A stretch of 39,481 bases of DNA from Lysobacterales bacterium. GTDB lineage: Bacteria; Pseudomonadota; Gammaproteobacteria; Xanthomonadales; SZUA-5. The translations under genes and the position numbers were made by a program. Numbering within the stretch: the first letter of the stretch is position 1; each line of letters opens with the position of its first letter. Shown piece by piece: positions 1-9,557 of this stretch. Under the pieces are notes generated by a model. That model did no database searches, was not told the origin of the DNA, and saw nothing but the letters and a program-made list of their open reading frames with translations. The stretch lies in NCBI GenBank assembly GCA_022844165.1, contig JALHMH010000041.1:1-39481 (forward strand), in the 5' to 3' direction.

Positions 1-28
1 CCCGTTCGAGCGGGCGCGCCGCATGCGG

Positions 29-118
29 CGCAAGCTTGCCCGCTCTCACCCTCCTCGCGCCTCGATTCCGGCGCAAAGCCCTTCGCGATCTTCCGCGTTT
101 CCTCATGAAATATGCGGG
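29..118. repeat. Dispersed intergenic repeat family, copy 1 (related to 7531-7593 and 34203-34221)
   Basis: 29-52 matches 7531-7554 at 22/24 nt; 79-118 matches 7551-7590 at 35/40 nt (manual alignment). Confidence 0.75.
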
Positions 119-227
119 TGAATGGCGGTGCGCTGGCGAAGTCGCGGTCCATGCTCGGCGATCGAGCCGCTTCGCGCTCCGTCCTTACGCGCGCGTGCCG
201 CTCGTCCGGCTTGCGCTCCAACTCGGT

Positions 228-1070
228 TCAGAGCGCCATTGCCGGGACATCCGCCGGCGACTGCGCCCGTCGCCATGCGCTCGGTGCAACGCCGACGCTG
301 TCGATGAACGCGCGCGAGAAAGCGCTCTGTCCGCTGTAGCCTACGGCCGCTGCGACCTGTTCCAGCGACCGCCCGTTGCGTAATAGATCCTGCGCGATGT
401 GCATGCGGTGCAGCGTCAGGTATTCGCCAGGTGTGGTGCCGACGATCTGCCGGAAACGATTGGCGAACTGGGTTCGCGACTGGCCTGCGAGATTCGCCAG
501 CGACGCCAGCGACCACGGCCGGGACACATCCTCATGTATCGCGACGAGCGCCCGGCATAGTCGCGAATCGGCCAGGCCAGCCAACACTCCCTGCTGCACG
601 CGACCACCATCGATCAATGCTCGCAAGATGAAGATCAGCACCACCTCGAACAGGCGGTTGACCAGTTGTCGGCTGCCGCAGCGCGGGGCAAAGGCTTCGG
701 CAAAGAGTACCTCGAGCACCGTTTGCGCACCTCGCAGATCTTGCAGCGGCAATGCAACAAACGGCGGCAGACCCAGCGCCAGTGGATGGCGATCGTGATC
801 GGCGAAACGCACGTTGGCGCAGGCCATGTCTGCCCCCTCGCCATCGGTGACAAATCGGTGCGCCAGGGGTCGTGGATAAAACAGCAGGCTCGGTTCGTCG
901 ATGCGCGCGCAAAAGCGCTCATGCGTCACTTCGACCACACCGCAGCGCACCAGGTGCAGCTGGCCCAGGCCGGGCGATGGCGCAAACTCGGTCAAGCCGC
1001 ACAGCGGACCAGAATGGAACATTTCGGCCGACAAGGTGAATCGCGACAGCAGTGCATCCAGACGATCCAC
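228..1070 (-). CDS. AraC-family regulator with N-terminal cupin domain, RclR/RcsR-like (reactive chlorine response)
   Basis: MDRLxxLL-type N-terminus from GTG 1070 with GGAG upstream (alternative TTG 1082). Cys-containing FHSGPLCG and MACA motifs; C-terminal AraC double HTH (WSLASLA...SRTQFANRF...VGYSGQSAFSRAF). Divergent from an AhpD-like gene. Confidence 0.88.
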   Translation of the reverse strand: MDRLDALLSRFTLSAEMFHSGPLCGLTEFAPSPGLGQLHLVRCGVVEVTHERFCARIDEPSLLFYPRPLAHRFVTDGEGADMACANVRFADHDRHPLALGLPPFVALPLQDLRGAQTVLEVLFAEAFAPRCGSRQLVNRLFEVVLIFILRALIDGGRVQQGVLAGLADSRLCRALVAIHEDVSRPWSLASLANLAGQSRTQFANRFRQIVGTTPGEYLTLHRMHIAQDLLRNGRSLEQVAAAVGYSGQSAFSRAFIDSVGVAPSAWRRAQSPADVPAMAL

Positions 1071-1179
1071 TCCGTTCTCCAAGCAATGAAAAATGAACTA
1101 TTCGATACGTAAAGTACGATTTGAGACGCTAGTTTGCGCTACACCGCATGTCGCGGCAACTACGTTGAGGAGAAAGTCC

Positions 1180-1719
1180 ATGTCACGCGTTCCGTTGTTG
1201 AATGATCAAACAGCCGCCAAATCGAGCGCCGAATTGCTGGGGCAAATTGAGCGCGCGATGGGCGCCCAGCCCGCCATGTTCCGCGCAGTCGCGAATTCGC
1301 CCGCCGCGCTCAAGAGTATGTGGGGCAGTTTTGGCGCGCTTGGCGGCGGCAAGCTCGGTGCCGCTCTGGGAGAGCAACTGGCAGTGGCCATTGCCAATCG
1401 CAACCGCTGCGAATACTGTCTGGCCGCGCACACGGCGCTTGGACGAGGCGCCGGGCTGAGCCTCGAAACACTCGCTGCCGCGCAGCGCGGACGCGGTGCT
1501 GATCCGCGCACGCAAGCCGCTCTGAACTTCGTGCTCAAACTCGTCGATGCACGTGGCGCAGTGTCGGCTGGCGATGTTGCCGCAGTGCGAAGCGCCGGAT
1601 TCAGCGATGAGGAGGTGGTCGAGCTGATAGCGCACACCGCGCTGAACCTGTTTACCAACTACGTCAACATCGCCCTCGACGTGCCGGTGGACTTCGAAGC
1701 CGTGGCGTTGACGGCTTGA
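1180..1719 (+). CDS. Carboxymuconolactone decarboxylase/AhpD-family peroxidase-related protein (RclX/RcsA-like)
   Basis: NRCEYCLAAH CxxC motif and ALNLFTNYVN C-terminal motif; GAGGAG RBS before ATG 1180. Confidence 0.9.
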   Translation: MSRVPLLNDQTAAKSSAELLGQIERAMGAQPAMFRAVANSPAALKSMWGSFGALGGGKLGAALGEQLAVAIANRNRCEYCLAAHTALGRGAGLSLETLAAAQRGRGADPRTQAALNFVLKLVDARGAVSAGDVAAVRSAGFSDEEVVELIAHTALNLFTNYVNIALDVPVDFEAVALTA

Positions 1720-1727
1720 CCTGAAAC

Positions 1728-1760
1728 ACTGCGCTCAGCTCGCGCGCTGGGCGCAGTTTC
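1728..1760. terminator. Stem-loop between convergent ahpD-like gene and rsgA, probable terminator
   Basis: ACTGCGCTCAGC (1728-1739) pairs with GCTGGGCGCAGT (1746-1757), one G-U pair; short T tail. Confidence 0.5.
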
Positions 1761-1813
1761 GCTCGAACAAATCCGTTGCGCCTGTGTTGGGCGAGATCTG
1801 AGCCGAAACGTCG

Positions 1814-2860
1814 TCAGCGTTTGCGCCGCGTCACATCGCGCATGGCGCGGCTCATTTCAGCGGCGTACGACTTGCGGGCTTTGCGTTCCAGCGCACCCTC
1901 GCCGGCGCGGGCGACTTCGGCACTGAGCTTCTGGAAATTCGCGAAACGCGCGGCGTCGAGCTGGCCATCTTCGAGCGCGGCGCGCACCGCGCAGCCAGGT
2001 TCGCGTTCATGGCGGCAATCGCGAAAACGACACGTGGCGGCGAGCGCGGCGACGTCGTCGAAACTGTCGGCAACATCTTCCTCGCCGGTGAGTTTGATCT
2101 CGCGCAGGCCTGGCGTGTCGATCAGGCACGCGCCACCCGGCAACGGCAACAGCGCGCGCGAGACGGTGGTGTGTCGGCCTCGTCCGTCGGCTTCGCGCAC
2201 GCTACCGGTGGCCTGCGCGAATTCGCCCAGCAGTGTGTTGGTTAACGTCGACTTGCCGGCACCGGACGAACCTACCAGCACCGCGGTCTCGCCCGGGCGC
2301 AGTTGCACCGCCAGCAGGGCGCAGCTCTCGGTCGATTTGGCATTCACCAGATGCAGCGTCACGCCCGGCGCGATTGCGGCGACTTCGGCGCGTAAGGACT
2401 CGGCGTCGGTGTTTTTGTCGGCCTTGGTCAACACCAAGGTCGGGCGCACGCCGCTGCCGCTGACCAGCGTCAGGTACCGCTCGATGCGCCGCACGTTGAA
2501 GTCGCGGTCGAGCCCCGTCACGATCAGCACATGATCGATGTTTGCAGCCAGCGCCTGCCGCGTCTGGGTTTCGCCGGCCGCGCCGCGCACCAGCGTCGAA
2601 AATCGCGGCAGCATGCGCTCGATCATGAATTCGCAACCGCGCTCGACCACGAGACACCAATCGCCGACGCATGGCCGTTCGCTGGCGTCGCTGACCTGAT
2701 GGCGCAATTTCGGCAGCGCTTTCGCGGTGTAGGTCTTCAGGCCGTCGTGCACCACATAACCAGATCGATGCTGCTCGACGATGCGCATCAGAGCGCCCGT
2801 CGCGCCCTCCGGTATCGGCGTGCGTTCGGCATTCAGGCCAATGTTGGCCAGCAAGTTCAT
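1814..2860 (-). CDS. rsgA: Ribosome small subunit-dependent GTPase A
   Basis: Circularly permuted GTPase motifs TKAD, GSSGAGKS, GRHTT, DTPG; Zn-finger CRFRDCRH..EPGC. Confidence 0.95.
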   Translation of the reverse strand: MNLLANIGLNAERTPIPEGATGALMRIVEQHRSGYVVHDGLKTYTAKALPKLRHQVSDASERPCVGDWCLVVERGCEFMIERMLPRFSTLVRGAAGETQTRQALAANIDHVLIVTGLDRDFNVRRIERYLTLVSGSGVRPTLVLTKADKNTDAESLRAEVAAIAPGVTLHLVNAKSTESCALLAVQLRPGETAVLVGSSGAGKSTLTNTLLGEFAQATGSVREADGRGRHTTVSRALLPLPGGACLIDTPGLREIKLTGEEDVADSFDDVAALAATCRFRDCRHEREPGCAVRAALEDGQLDAARFANFQKLSAEVARAGEGALERKARKSYAAEMSRAMRDVTRRKR

Positions 2861-3570
2861 GGCTTACGTGACGGCAGTTTGCGCGCGATCTGGCGCGACA
2901 AAGAAAAGCGCCCACTGACATCGGCATAGAACTTCAATGCGATGAGCAAATACACGACCGCACTCTGACTAAAGGCGATGGCCAGGAAACCACCGAACAC
3001 CAAAGCAACATGCAAGATCACGACGCGATCATAGGCTGCAAACATGTAGGCCATGCGCGGCGTATCGGTGGGCGCGTTTTGTCGAAAGCGAAAGACATCG
3101 AGCACACCGAACAGCACCATCGCGACGATCGCGAGCATGCCGCCGAGCGTTAGGAATTCGCTTGCCCAACCATCGAACAGCATCGCAACAAACGCCAGGT
3201 GGCTGCCACAGAACATGCCGTAATGCATGACGAAAATCATCGGCGCGAAAAAATGCAGGCAGCCGGCGGCGGCCTGCGCCTGCGCTTTCTTCTGCGAGGC
3301 ATCAAGCGGACTGCGCTCCAGTGCCCGCTGTAAATCGTCGCCAATCAGCGCGCCGCGCAGGCTCATCATTTTGGCGACATGAAATATGCCGTTGAACAGG
3401 TTCTCGAGCCAAAAGAACCCGAAAATTGCGGCCGGCGGCCAGTCGAACACGATCAGGCCCAGAAGCAACACACCAGCGCCCAAACTCGCTTCCCACAGCG
3501 AGCGCTGCGGTGAAGACAGTGTCGTGAGCCGCGCGGCCAAATCGTCGCGAGAGAGCTGCGGCTTCAGCAT
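2857..3570 (-). CDS. DUF6498-like multi-pass membrane protein
   Basis: Hydrophobic helices; FWLEN, HYGMFCGSH and YDRVVILH motifs. Stop overlaps the rsgA start (ATGA). Alternative start GTG 3621. Confidence 0.75.
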   Translation of the reverse strand: MLKPQLSRDDLAARLTTLSSPQRSLWEASLGAGVLLLGLIVFDWPPAAIFGFFWLENLFNGIFHVAKMMSLRGALIGDDLQRALERSPLDASQKKAQAQAAAGCLHFFAPMIFVMHYGMFCGSHLAFVAMLFDGWASEFLTLGGMLAIVAMVLFGVLDVFRFRQNAPTDTPRMAYMFAAYDRVVILHVALVFGGFLAIAFSQSAVVYLLIALKFYADVSGRFSLSRQIARKLPSRKP

Positions 3571-3694
3571 TGTCTGGGACAGACGACCGGGAACCGAAGA
3601 TCCTGCGTCGACTCGTTCCACCGAGTCGATGATCCATCGCTCGCGCTCCGCGTTGCCGCGTCAAAGGCAGTCGCCCAGCTCTTCGTCACGCCAT

Positions 3695-5932
3695 TCACTT
3701 CAAGCGCCGCTCAAACCAGGCCACGATCGCATTGAACACATGCTTGCGGGTTGGTGTGCCAGCGAGGCCATGTTTGCCGCCGGGATAAGTCATCAGATCG
3801 AAAGCCGTGCCGCGGTTTTGCAGATCGGCCATCAGCATGGTCGAATGCGTAAACAGCACGTTGTCGTCGGCCATTCCGTGGATCAGGAATAGCGGCGAGC
3901 GCAGGCCTGCAGTGTGGCTCAGCACGCTGGCGGCGCGATAGGCTTCCGGATGCTGCGCCGGGTGATCCATGTAGCGCTCGGTGTAATGCGTATCGTAGAG
4001 CAGCCAATCGCTGACCGGCGCCACGGAGACGCCGGCGGCGATTTGATCGGAGTGCTTGGCCAGCATCATCAGCGTCATATAACCACCGTAACTCCAGCCG
4101 AAGACGCCGATGCGTTTTGGATCGACGTAACCCTGCGCCGCCAGCCAACGCACACCCACCATTTGATCGTCGACCTCGACGCCGCCCATACGCCTAAAGA
4201 TCGGCGATTCGAATGCGACCCCGCGCCGCGCGCTGCCACGGTTATCCAGCGAGAACACGATGAACCCACGTTGCGCGAGCACCTGGTCGAACAATCCCCA
4301 GCGTTCGTCCCAGCGGCGTTGCACATATTGCACGTGCGGCCCGCCGTAAACGCGTACGACCACCGGATACTTTTTGCTGGCGTCGAAGTCGAGCGGCTTG
4401 ATCAGTCGGTAGTGCAGCGTCTGCCCGTCTTCTGCTTCTAGTTCACCGTACTCGGGCGGGCGATGCGCCTTCTCGAAAGGATGATAGGGATGCCCTTCCT
4501 TCACCTCATTGGCATACAGCTCCGCGAGACTCTTGCCTTCTGCATCGTACAAGCGCACCTGCGGCGGCACGTTTGGCGTTGAGAACGAGGCTACGAAAAC
4601 TCTCGCGTCGCGGCTAAATGTTGCGTCGTACCAGCCATCCACCGCAGTCAACCGGCGCACCGAACCTGGCGCCTTGGTGTCGAGCGAGGTGACGAATACG
4701 TGCGCGTCGCGCACCTCGCCAGCGTTGGCCGAAAAGTACACACGGCGACGCTTGGCATCCACCGCCAATAGCCGATCGACCACCCACGGCCCGCGCGTCA
4801 GCGGCCGGATCAGGGCCCCATCCATGCCGCGTAATTCGAGGTGTGCGTAACCCTCGCGCTCGCTCGACCAGACGAATGACTTGCCATCGGGCAACACATG
4901 CAAATCGTCGTGCAGATTGACCCAGGTGTCGCTGGTCTCGGTCAGCAAAACGCTGGCGCTACCATCGCTGACGTTCACTTTGAGCAAATCCAGCGTGCGT
5001 TGATCGCGGCTTTGACGCTGCACCAACAGCGTGTTGTTATCGGCCCAATTCACGCGCGTCAGATAGATATCGCTGTTGTCGCCGAGGTCGACCTTGACCG
5101 CCTCATCGCCATCAAGTCCAACGACATACAACTCGACCAGTGCATTGGCTTTGCCCGCTGCCGGATAACGTTGTTCGATGACCTCCGTACGATCGGCATA
5201 AATTTCGAAGCGCCGCTCAATGGCAACCGGCGCCTCGTCGACCCGCGCGTAAGCGATGGCCGAATCATCCTTCGCCCACCAATACCCGGTGAGCCGGTTC
5301 ATTTCCTCCTGGGCGACGAACTCAGCCATGCCGTAGCTCACCGTCGCCGTAGCCTCGGGACTGATGCGACGTGCCTCGCCGCCAGCGACCGGGACGACGT
5401 ACAACGCACGATCGCGAACGAAACTGACGAAACCGCCCTTGGGCGAAAACTTCGGATCGGTGGCGAAACCATCGCTGGCCCGCGTCAGTTCGGTGACCGC
5501 GGCGTCAGCGGGCGCACCAAGCTTGTAGACATACAACGAGCCAGCCAACGGGAACAGCAATTTTTGGCCATCGTCGGAGAAATGGTAATCGACGATGCCG
5601 CTGACCCCAGCAATGCGCAGACGTTCGCGGCGCGCTTTTTCCTCGTCGCTCAAAACTTCTGCGGCGCCTCCGGTGAGCGCTTTGGCATCGACCAGCAGCC
5701 GTGTCTGCGCGCTCGGTACGTGGTACTCCCACAAATCGAGCGCATTCTGATCATCCTCCCGGGCGCGCAAGAATGTGACGCGCTGCCCATCGGGCGCTAC
5801 TTTGAGCGAACGCGGTGGCGTACCGGACAAGGTCGGCTCCTCATACAAACGGTCGATCGTCAGTGTAGGCACGGTGGCGGCAAGCAGGGGTGAGAGCAAC
5901 ATCGAAACGACCAGCAATAATGTCCGACGCAC
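3695..5932 (-). CDS. S9B dipeptidyl peptidase IV family, secreted/periplasmic
   Basis: Signal peptide; DPPIV_N propeller with QEEM motif; catalytic GWSYGG, DDNV and GGKHG. Confidence 0.95.
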   Translation of the reverse strand: MRRTLLLVVSMLLSPLLAATVPTLTIDRLYEEPTLSGTPPRSLKVAPDGQRVTFLRAREDDQNALDLWEYHVPSAQTRLLVDAKALTGGAAEVLSDEEKARRERLRIAGVSGIVDYHFSDDGQKLLFPLAGSLYVYKLGAPADAAVTELTRASDGFATDPKFSPKGGFVSFVRDRALYVVPVAGGEARRISPEATATVSYGMAEFVAQEEMNRLTGYWWAKDDSAIAYARVDEAPVAIERRFEIYADRTEVIEQRYPAAGKANALVELYVVGLDGDEAVKVDLGDNSDIYLTRVNWADNNTLLVQRQSRDQRTLDLLKVNVSDGSASVLLTETSDTWVNLHDDLHVLPDGKSFVWSSEREGYAHLELRGMDGALIRPLTRGPWVVDRLLAVDAKRRRVYFSANAGEVRDAHVFVTSLDTKAPGSVRRLTAVDGWYDATFSRDARVFVASFSTPNVPPQVRLYDAEGKSLAELYANEVKEGHPYHPFEKAHRPPEYGELEAEDGQTLHYRLIKPLDFDASKKYPVVVRVYGGPHVQYVQRRWDERWGLFDQVLAQRGFIVFSLDNRGSARRGVAFESPIFRRMGGVEVDDQMVGVRWLAAQGYVDPKRIGVFGWSYGGYMTLMMLAKHSDQIAAGVSVAPVSDWLLYDTHYTERYMDHPAQHPEAYRAASVLSHTAGLRSPLFLIHGMADDNVLFTHSTMLMADLQNRGTAFDLMTYPGGKHGLAGTPTRKHVFNAIVAWFERRLK

Positions 5933-5962
5933 AAGGGCAATCCCAGCGGTGGCGAGAACGCG

Positions 5963-5980
5963 ATTCTATCGGTGTAAACT
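5963..5980. promoter_or_regulatory. Possible back-to-back sigma70 -10 elements
   Basis: TAGAAT on the - strand (5963-5968) and TAAACT on the + strand (5975-5980) in the short divergent spacer; no clear -35. Confidence 0.3.
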
Positions 5981-6010
5981 GCTGCCGTGATTGTCCAAGG
6001 ATATCTATCG

Positions 6011-6208
6011 ATGCGTGCCGTGCTGCTTTTTTCGCTGCTCATGCTTGCCGCCTGCGGCAGCGATACGCCACCCCCGCCGCCCGAACCTGCGCCACGACAG
6101 GCCACGGTTTTCGACGATCAGCTCAAGGCGATCGACAAGGCGAAGAGTGTCGAGGAGATCGACAAGAAGCGGCTGGAAGAGATGGACAAACAGATTGATG
6201 CGCAATAG
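6011..6208 (+). CDS. Small lipoprotein (hypothetical)
   Basis: Lipobox LAAC after a hydrophobic stretch; Pro-rich linker; amphipathic helix (DQLKAIDKAKSVE); AAGGA upstream. Confidence 0.82.
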   Translation: MRAVLLFSLLMLAACGSDTPPPPPEPAPRQATVFDDQLKAIDKAKSVEEIDKKRLEEMDKQIDAQ

Positions 6209-6214
6209 CGCACG

Positions 6215-7465
6215 TCAACGCCAGCGATCCCTGGCCTGCAGCCACCAATAAGTAGCCTGTGCGCCCAAATAACCGAACGGGCGGTGGGTCGACGGCAGTC
6301 CAAATGCGCGATAGCGACGATAACTGTCGTCGCCGTTCGCAATCGCAGCGGCGAGCACTTCGCCGGCCGCCGTTGTGGTCGCGAGGCCATGGCCGCCGAA
6401 GGCCTGCGCAAACCACAGTCCTGGCGCAAGCGCCCCGATTTGCGGCATTTCGTGGCGCGCGTAACTCATCAGGCCGCTCCAGGCGAAATCGACGCGCACC
6501 TCTGCCAGCTGCGGATACACGCGCAGCAGATCGCGCTTGAGCAGCCGCGCCACGGCTGCCGGCGCTCGATCCAGAATCGAAATACGCCCGCCCCATAAGA
6601 TGCGCGTGTCCGGCAGCGCCCGGTAATAGTCGAACGCAAACCGTGTGTCGTAAACCGCTGCGCGTGTCGCGATCGCTCCGATCAGGCGCTCGCCCAGCGG
6701 TTCCGTCGCGATCACATACGTTGCGATCGGCAGCAAGGCGCGCGCCAGCGACGGCACCAGTCGGCCCAGATAGCCGCCGCCGCATACGACGACGTGTTCG
6801 GCATCGATGTTGCTGTCATCGATCTGCACTCGCCAACCGGCGCCATTGGGCTGAATGCCGCTCGCACGATAGCCTTCTGCAACCTTCACGCCGAGCGAAA
6901 CGGCGCCACGCGCCAGACCGCGCGCAAGGTTGAGCGGATGCACGTGAAACCCATCGGGTTCGAAAAGCGCGCCGCTGTAGCGCTCGGTTCGCAGCATCGT
7001 GCGCAGCTCAGCTCGCGACACTTCGGGCCACTCGATGTCGTAGTGTTCGGCCAGCAGTTGCCGCCGCTGCTGCAATACCCGCGCGTCATCGAACCAATTG
7101 GTCCATAACACACCGCTATCGACCGGATCGCAGGCGATGGCGTACGTCTCGATCCGTTCGCGGATGCGTCGCATCGCGCGGCGCGTTGAGTCGTAAAGCC
7201 ATCGGGCATCGTCGCGTCCCACCTGATCGATCAGATCCGACTCGCCGAGGGAATACCCGGCAAATACGAAACCGCCGTTGCGGCCCGACGCACCATGGCC
7301 GATCGATTGCGCTTCGAGCAACAACACATCGGACACACCGCGCTCTGCCAGACCCAGCGCGGTCGCCAATCCGGCATAACCGCCGCCGATCACCACCACG
7401 CGCGCATCTCCGGGCGCGACAGTGTCGTAGGATTCGGCAACGGTGCTGGCGTAGTAGGTGGACAA
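6215..7465 (-). CDS. FAD-dependent oxidoreductase, DAO family (PuuB/OrdL-like)
   Basis: GGGYAG dinucleotide-binding motif, GASGRNGG, FDYYR, AFGGHG. Confidence 0.9.
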   Translation of the reverse strand: MSTYYASTVAESYDTVAPGDARVVVIGGGYAGLATALGLAERGVSDVLLLEAQSIGHGASGRNGGFVFAGYSLGESDLIDQVGRDDARWLYDSTRRAMRRIRERIETYAIACDPVDSGVLWTNWFDDARVLQQRRQLLAEHYDIEWPEVSRAELRTMLRTERYSGALFEPDGFHVHPLNLARGLARGAVSLGVKVAEGYRASGIQPNGAGWRVQIDDSNIDAEHVVVCGGGYLGRLVPSLARALLPIATYVIATEPLGERLIGAIATRAAVYDTRFAFDYYRALPDTRILWGGRISILDRAPAAVARLLKRDLLRVYPQLAEVRVDFAWSGLMSYARHEMPQIGALAPGLWFAQAFGGHGLATTTAAGEVLAAAIANGDDSYRRYRAFGLPSTHRPFGYLGAQATYWWLQARDRWR

Positions 7466-7530
7466 GGGGATTTCTCAGGCTGACCGTTCGTTCCGCAAAG
7501 GCGCTCAAGTCCAGCGCGCAGCTCGCGCCG

Positions 7531-7593
7531 CGCAAGCTTGCCGGCCCTCACCCTTCGCGATCATCCGCGTTCCCTCATGAAATGTCCGGACTA
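7531..7593. repeat. Dispersed intergenic repeat family, copy 2, abutting the gspE-like TAG stop
   Basis: - strand reads TAG-TCCGGACATTTCATGAGGGAACGCGGATGATCGCGAAGGG; similar to 29-118 and 34203-34221. Confidence 0.75.
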
Positions 7594-9432
7594 ATACTCG
7601 ACCGGCGGCAATACGCCCAGCACCTCTTCCATCGTCGTAATCCCTCGGGCGACGTGCGTTGCTGCCGATAACCTGAGCGGGCGCATGCCCTCCTTCAGCG
7701 CCGCCTCTGAAAATTTCGCCAGCTCAACACTGGGATGAATCATTGACCGTAGTGTGGGCGTAATGCGGAACATCTCGTAAATGCCGGTACGGCCGAGAAA
7801 TCCGGTCTTGCGGCATTCCAGACAGCCGACCGGCTTGTTGATTCTGGCCGGCATCTCAACCCGCCAGGGATGCGTCAGCGCTTTCCACTTGGTCTCATCC
7901 GGTGCGTCGTTCACCCCTTTACAGTGCGGGCACAAGGTGCGCACCAGTCGTTGCGCCATGATGCCGACGATCGTGCCCTGCAGCAGGTAGTACGGTGCGC
8001 CCAAATCCATCAAACGCTGCAAGGCGCTCGGCGCATCGTTGGTGTGCAAGGTCGACAACACCAGATGGCCAGTCAACGACGCCTGGATCGCCATCTGTGC
8101 GGTTTCGAGATCGCGGATTTCGCCGACCATGATGATGTCTGGATCCTGGCGCAGCAAGGTCCGCACGCCCTCGGCAAAACCCAGATCGATCTGATGGTGC
8201 ACCTGCATCTGGTTGAATTCGGGCGAAACCATTTCGATCGGATCTTCGACGGTACAGACGTTCATGTCCGGCGTGGCCAGGCGTTTGAGCGTCGAGTACA
8301 AGGTTGTGGTCTTACCTGAGCCCGTGGGACCGGTCACCAGCACGATGCCGTGCGGCACGCCGATCATCTCGTCCCACATTTTTGCTTCGCGCTCGGAGAA
8401 ACCCAGTTGCGCAAATTCCTTGACCACGATGTCCGGATCGAAGATGCGCATCACCACCTTTTCGCCGAACGCGGTTGGCATGGTCGACAAGCGCATCTCG
8501 ACCTCGCGACCGGACGGCGAGCGGGCTTTCAGGCGGCCATCCTGCGGTCGGCGCTTCTCAGCCAGATCCATCCGCCCGATCACCTTGATGCGGCTGGTCA
8601 CGGCCACCATCACCGGCGTCGGCAACTCGAACGTTTTGTGCATCACGCCATCGATACGGAAACGCACATTCGACATCTCGCGGCGCGGTTCGAGGTGAAT
8701 ATCGCTGGCGCGCTGCTCGAAGGCGTATTGCAATAGCCAATCGACGATTTGCACGATGTGCTGATCGTCCGCGCCGAGCTGGGCGCTCTTTCCGAGCTCC
8801 AGCAGTTGCTCGAAGTTAATGATCTTGCTGCCAACATCTCTGTTGCCGTCTTTGCTTTCTTTGGCTTTGCGCACACTGCGCGTTACGCCGTAGAACTCCA
8901 TCAGGAAACGCGAAACGTCCAAAGGATTCGCGACGACACGCTGAATTTCTTTGCGCAAGATGCGCGACAAATCGTGGATCCAGCCATCGATGAAGGGCTC
9001 GCTGGTCGCGAGCACCACTTCATCGGCGGTCACCGCGACCGGCAAAATCTTATAGCGCTGCGCGTACGCCTGACCGATGACATCCGTCACTTCGGTCATC
9101 TTGATCTTCATCGGATCGATCTTCAGATACGGCAGCTTCGCCTGGTCGGCGAGCCATTCCGTCAGTAGCTCCAGCGTCAGCGACTTATCCGCCTCTTTGG
9201 CGTGTTTAGGCTTTAAGTTCGCGATCACGACCAGCGGATGCAAATCCAGCCGCCCCTGCGCCGAGCGCGCATCAAGCAACACCCGGTCACCATCGGCGCG
9301 GCTCAGTAGTCCATCGACAACCAGAGCGTTGACCACCTGCGACAGCACCAGTTTGTGGTTGGCGGAAAACCGCGGCGCTTCCGATTCAGCGACCACTGCC
9401 CGCTGCACTTTGCTCATGAGTTGGCTCGACAT
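7591..9432 (-). CDS. GspE/PulE/PilB-family secretion ATPase (stand-alone)
   Basis: ASDIHLEP, Walker A GPTGSGKTT, Asp box TVEDPIE, RQDPDIIMVGEIRD, His box TGHLVLSTLHTN, tetra-Cys CPHC...CLEC. Confidence 0.93.
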   Translation of the reverse strand: MSSQLMSKVQRAVVAESEAPRFSANHKLVLSQVVNALVVDGLLSRADGDRVLLDARSAQGRLDLHPLVVIANLKPKHAKEADKSLTLELLTEWLADQAKLPYLKIDPMKIKMTEVTDVIGQAYAQRYKILPVAVTADEVVLATSEPFIDGWIHDLSRILRKEIQRVVANPLDVSRFLMEFYGVTRSVRKAKESKDGNRDVGSKIINFEQLLELGKSAQLGADDQHIVQIVDWLLQYAFEQRASDIHLEPRREMSNVRFRIDGVMHKTFELPTPVMVAVTSRIKVIGRMDLAEKRRPQDGRLKARSPSGREVEMRLSTMPTAFGEKVVMRIFDPDIVVKEFAQLGFSEREAKMWDEMIGVPHGIVLVTGPTGSGKTTTLYSTLKRLATPDMNVCTVEDPIEMVSPEFNQMQVHHQIDLGFAEGVRTLLRQDPDIIMVGEIRDLETAQMAIQASLTGHLVLSTLHTNDAPSALQRLMDLGAPYYLLQGTIVGIMAQRLVRTLCPHCKGVNDAPDETKWKALTHPWRVEMPARINKPVGCLECRKTGFLGRTGIYEMFRITPTLRSMIHPSVELAKFSEAALKEGMRPLRLSAATHVARGITTMEEVLGVLPPVEY

Positions 9433-9557
9433 GGACCGGGGCGACTATGGTAGGCCAAGCCGGTCGCTACATGTTGGATCGGGTCGACGATGCGAAGGCC
9501 ACCGCGGCAAGGCCTCAAGTCTCGCTGCATATCTCGCAGTGCCGGCCTCAAGACCAG

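Noticed and set aside
36-383. 115-aa + strand ORF and similar short alternative-frame ORFs across the window
   Set aside because: They overlap repeats or well-supported genes on other frames, are Arg/Ala/Pro-rich, and lack RBSs or family motifs.
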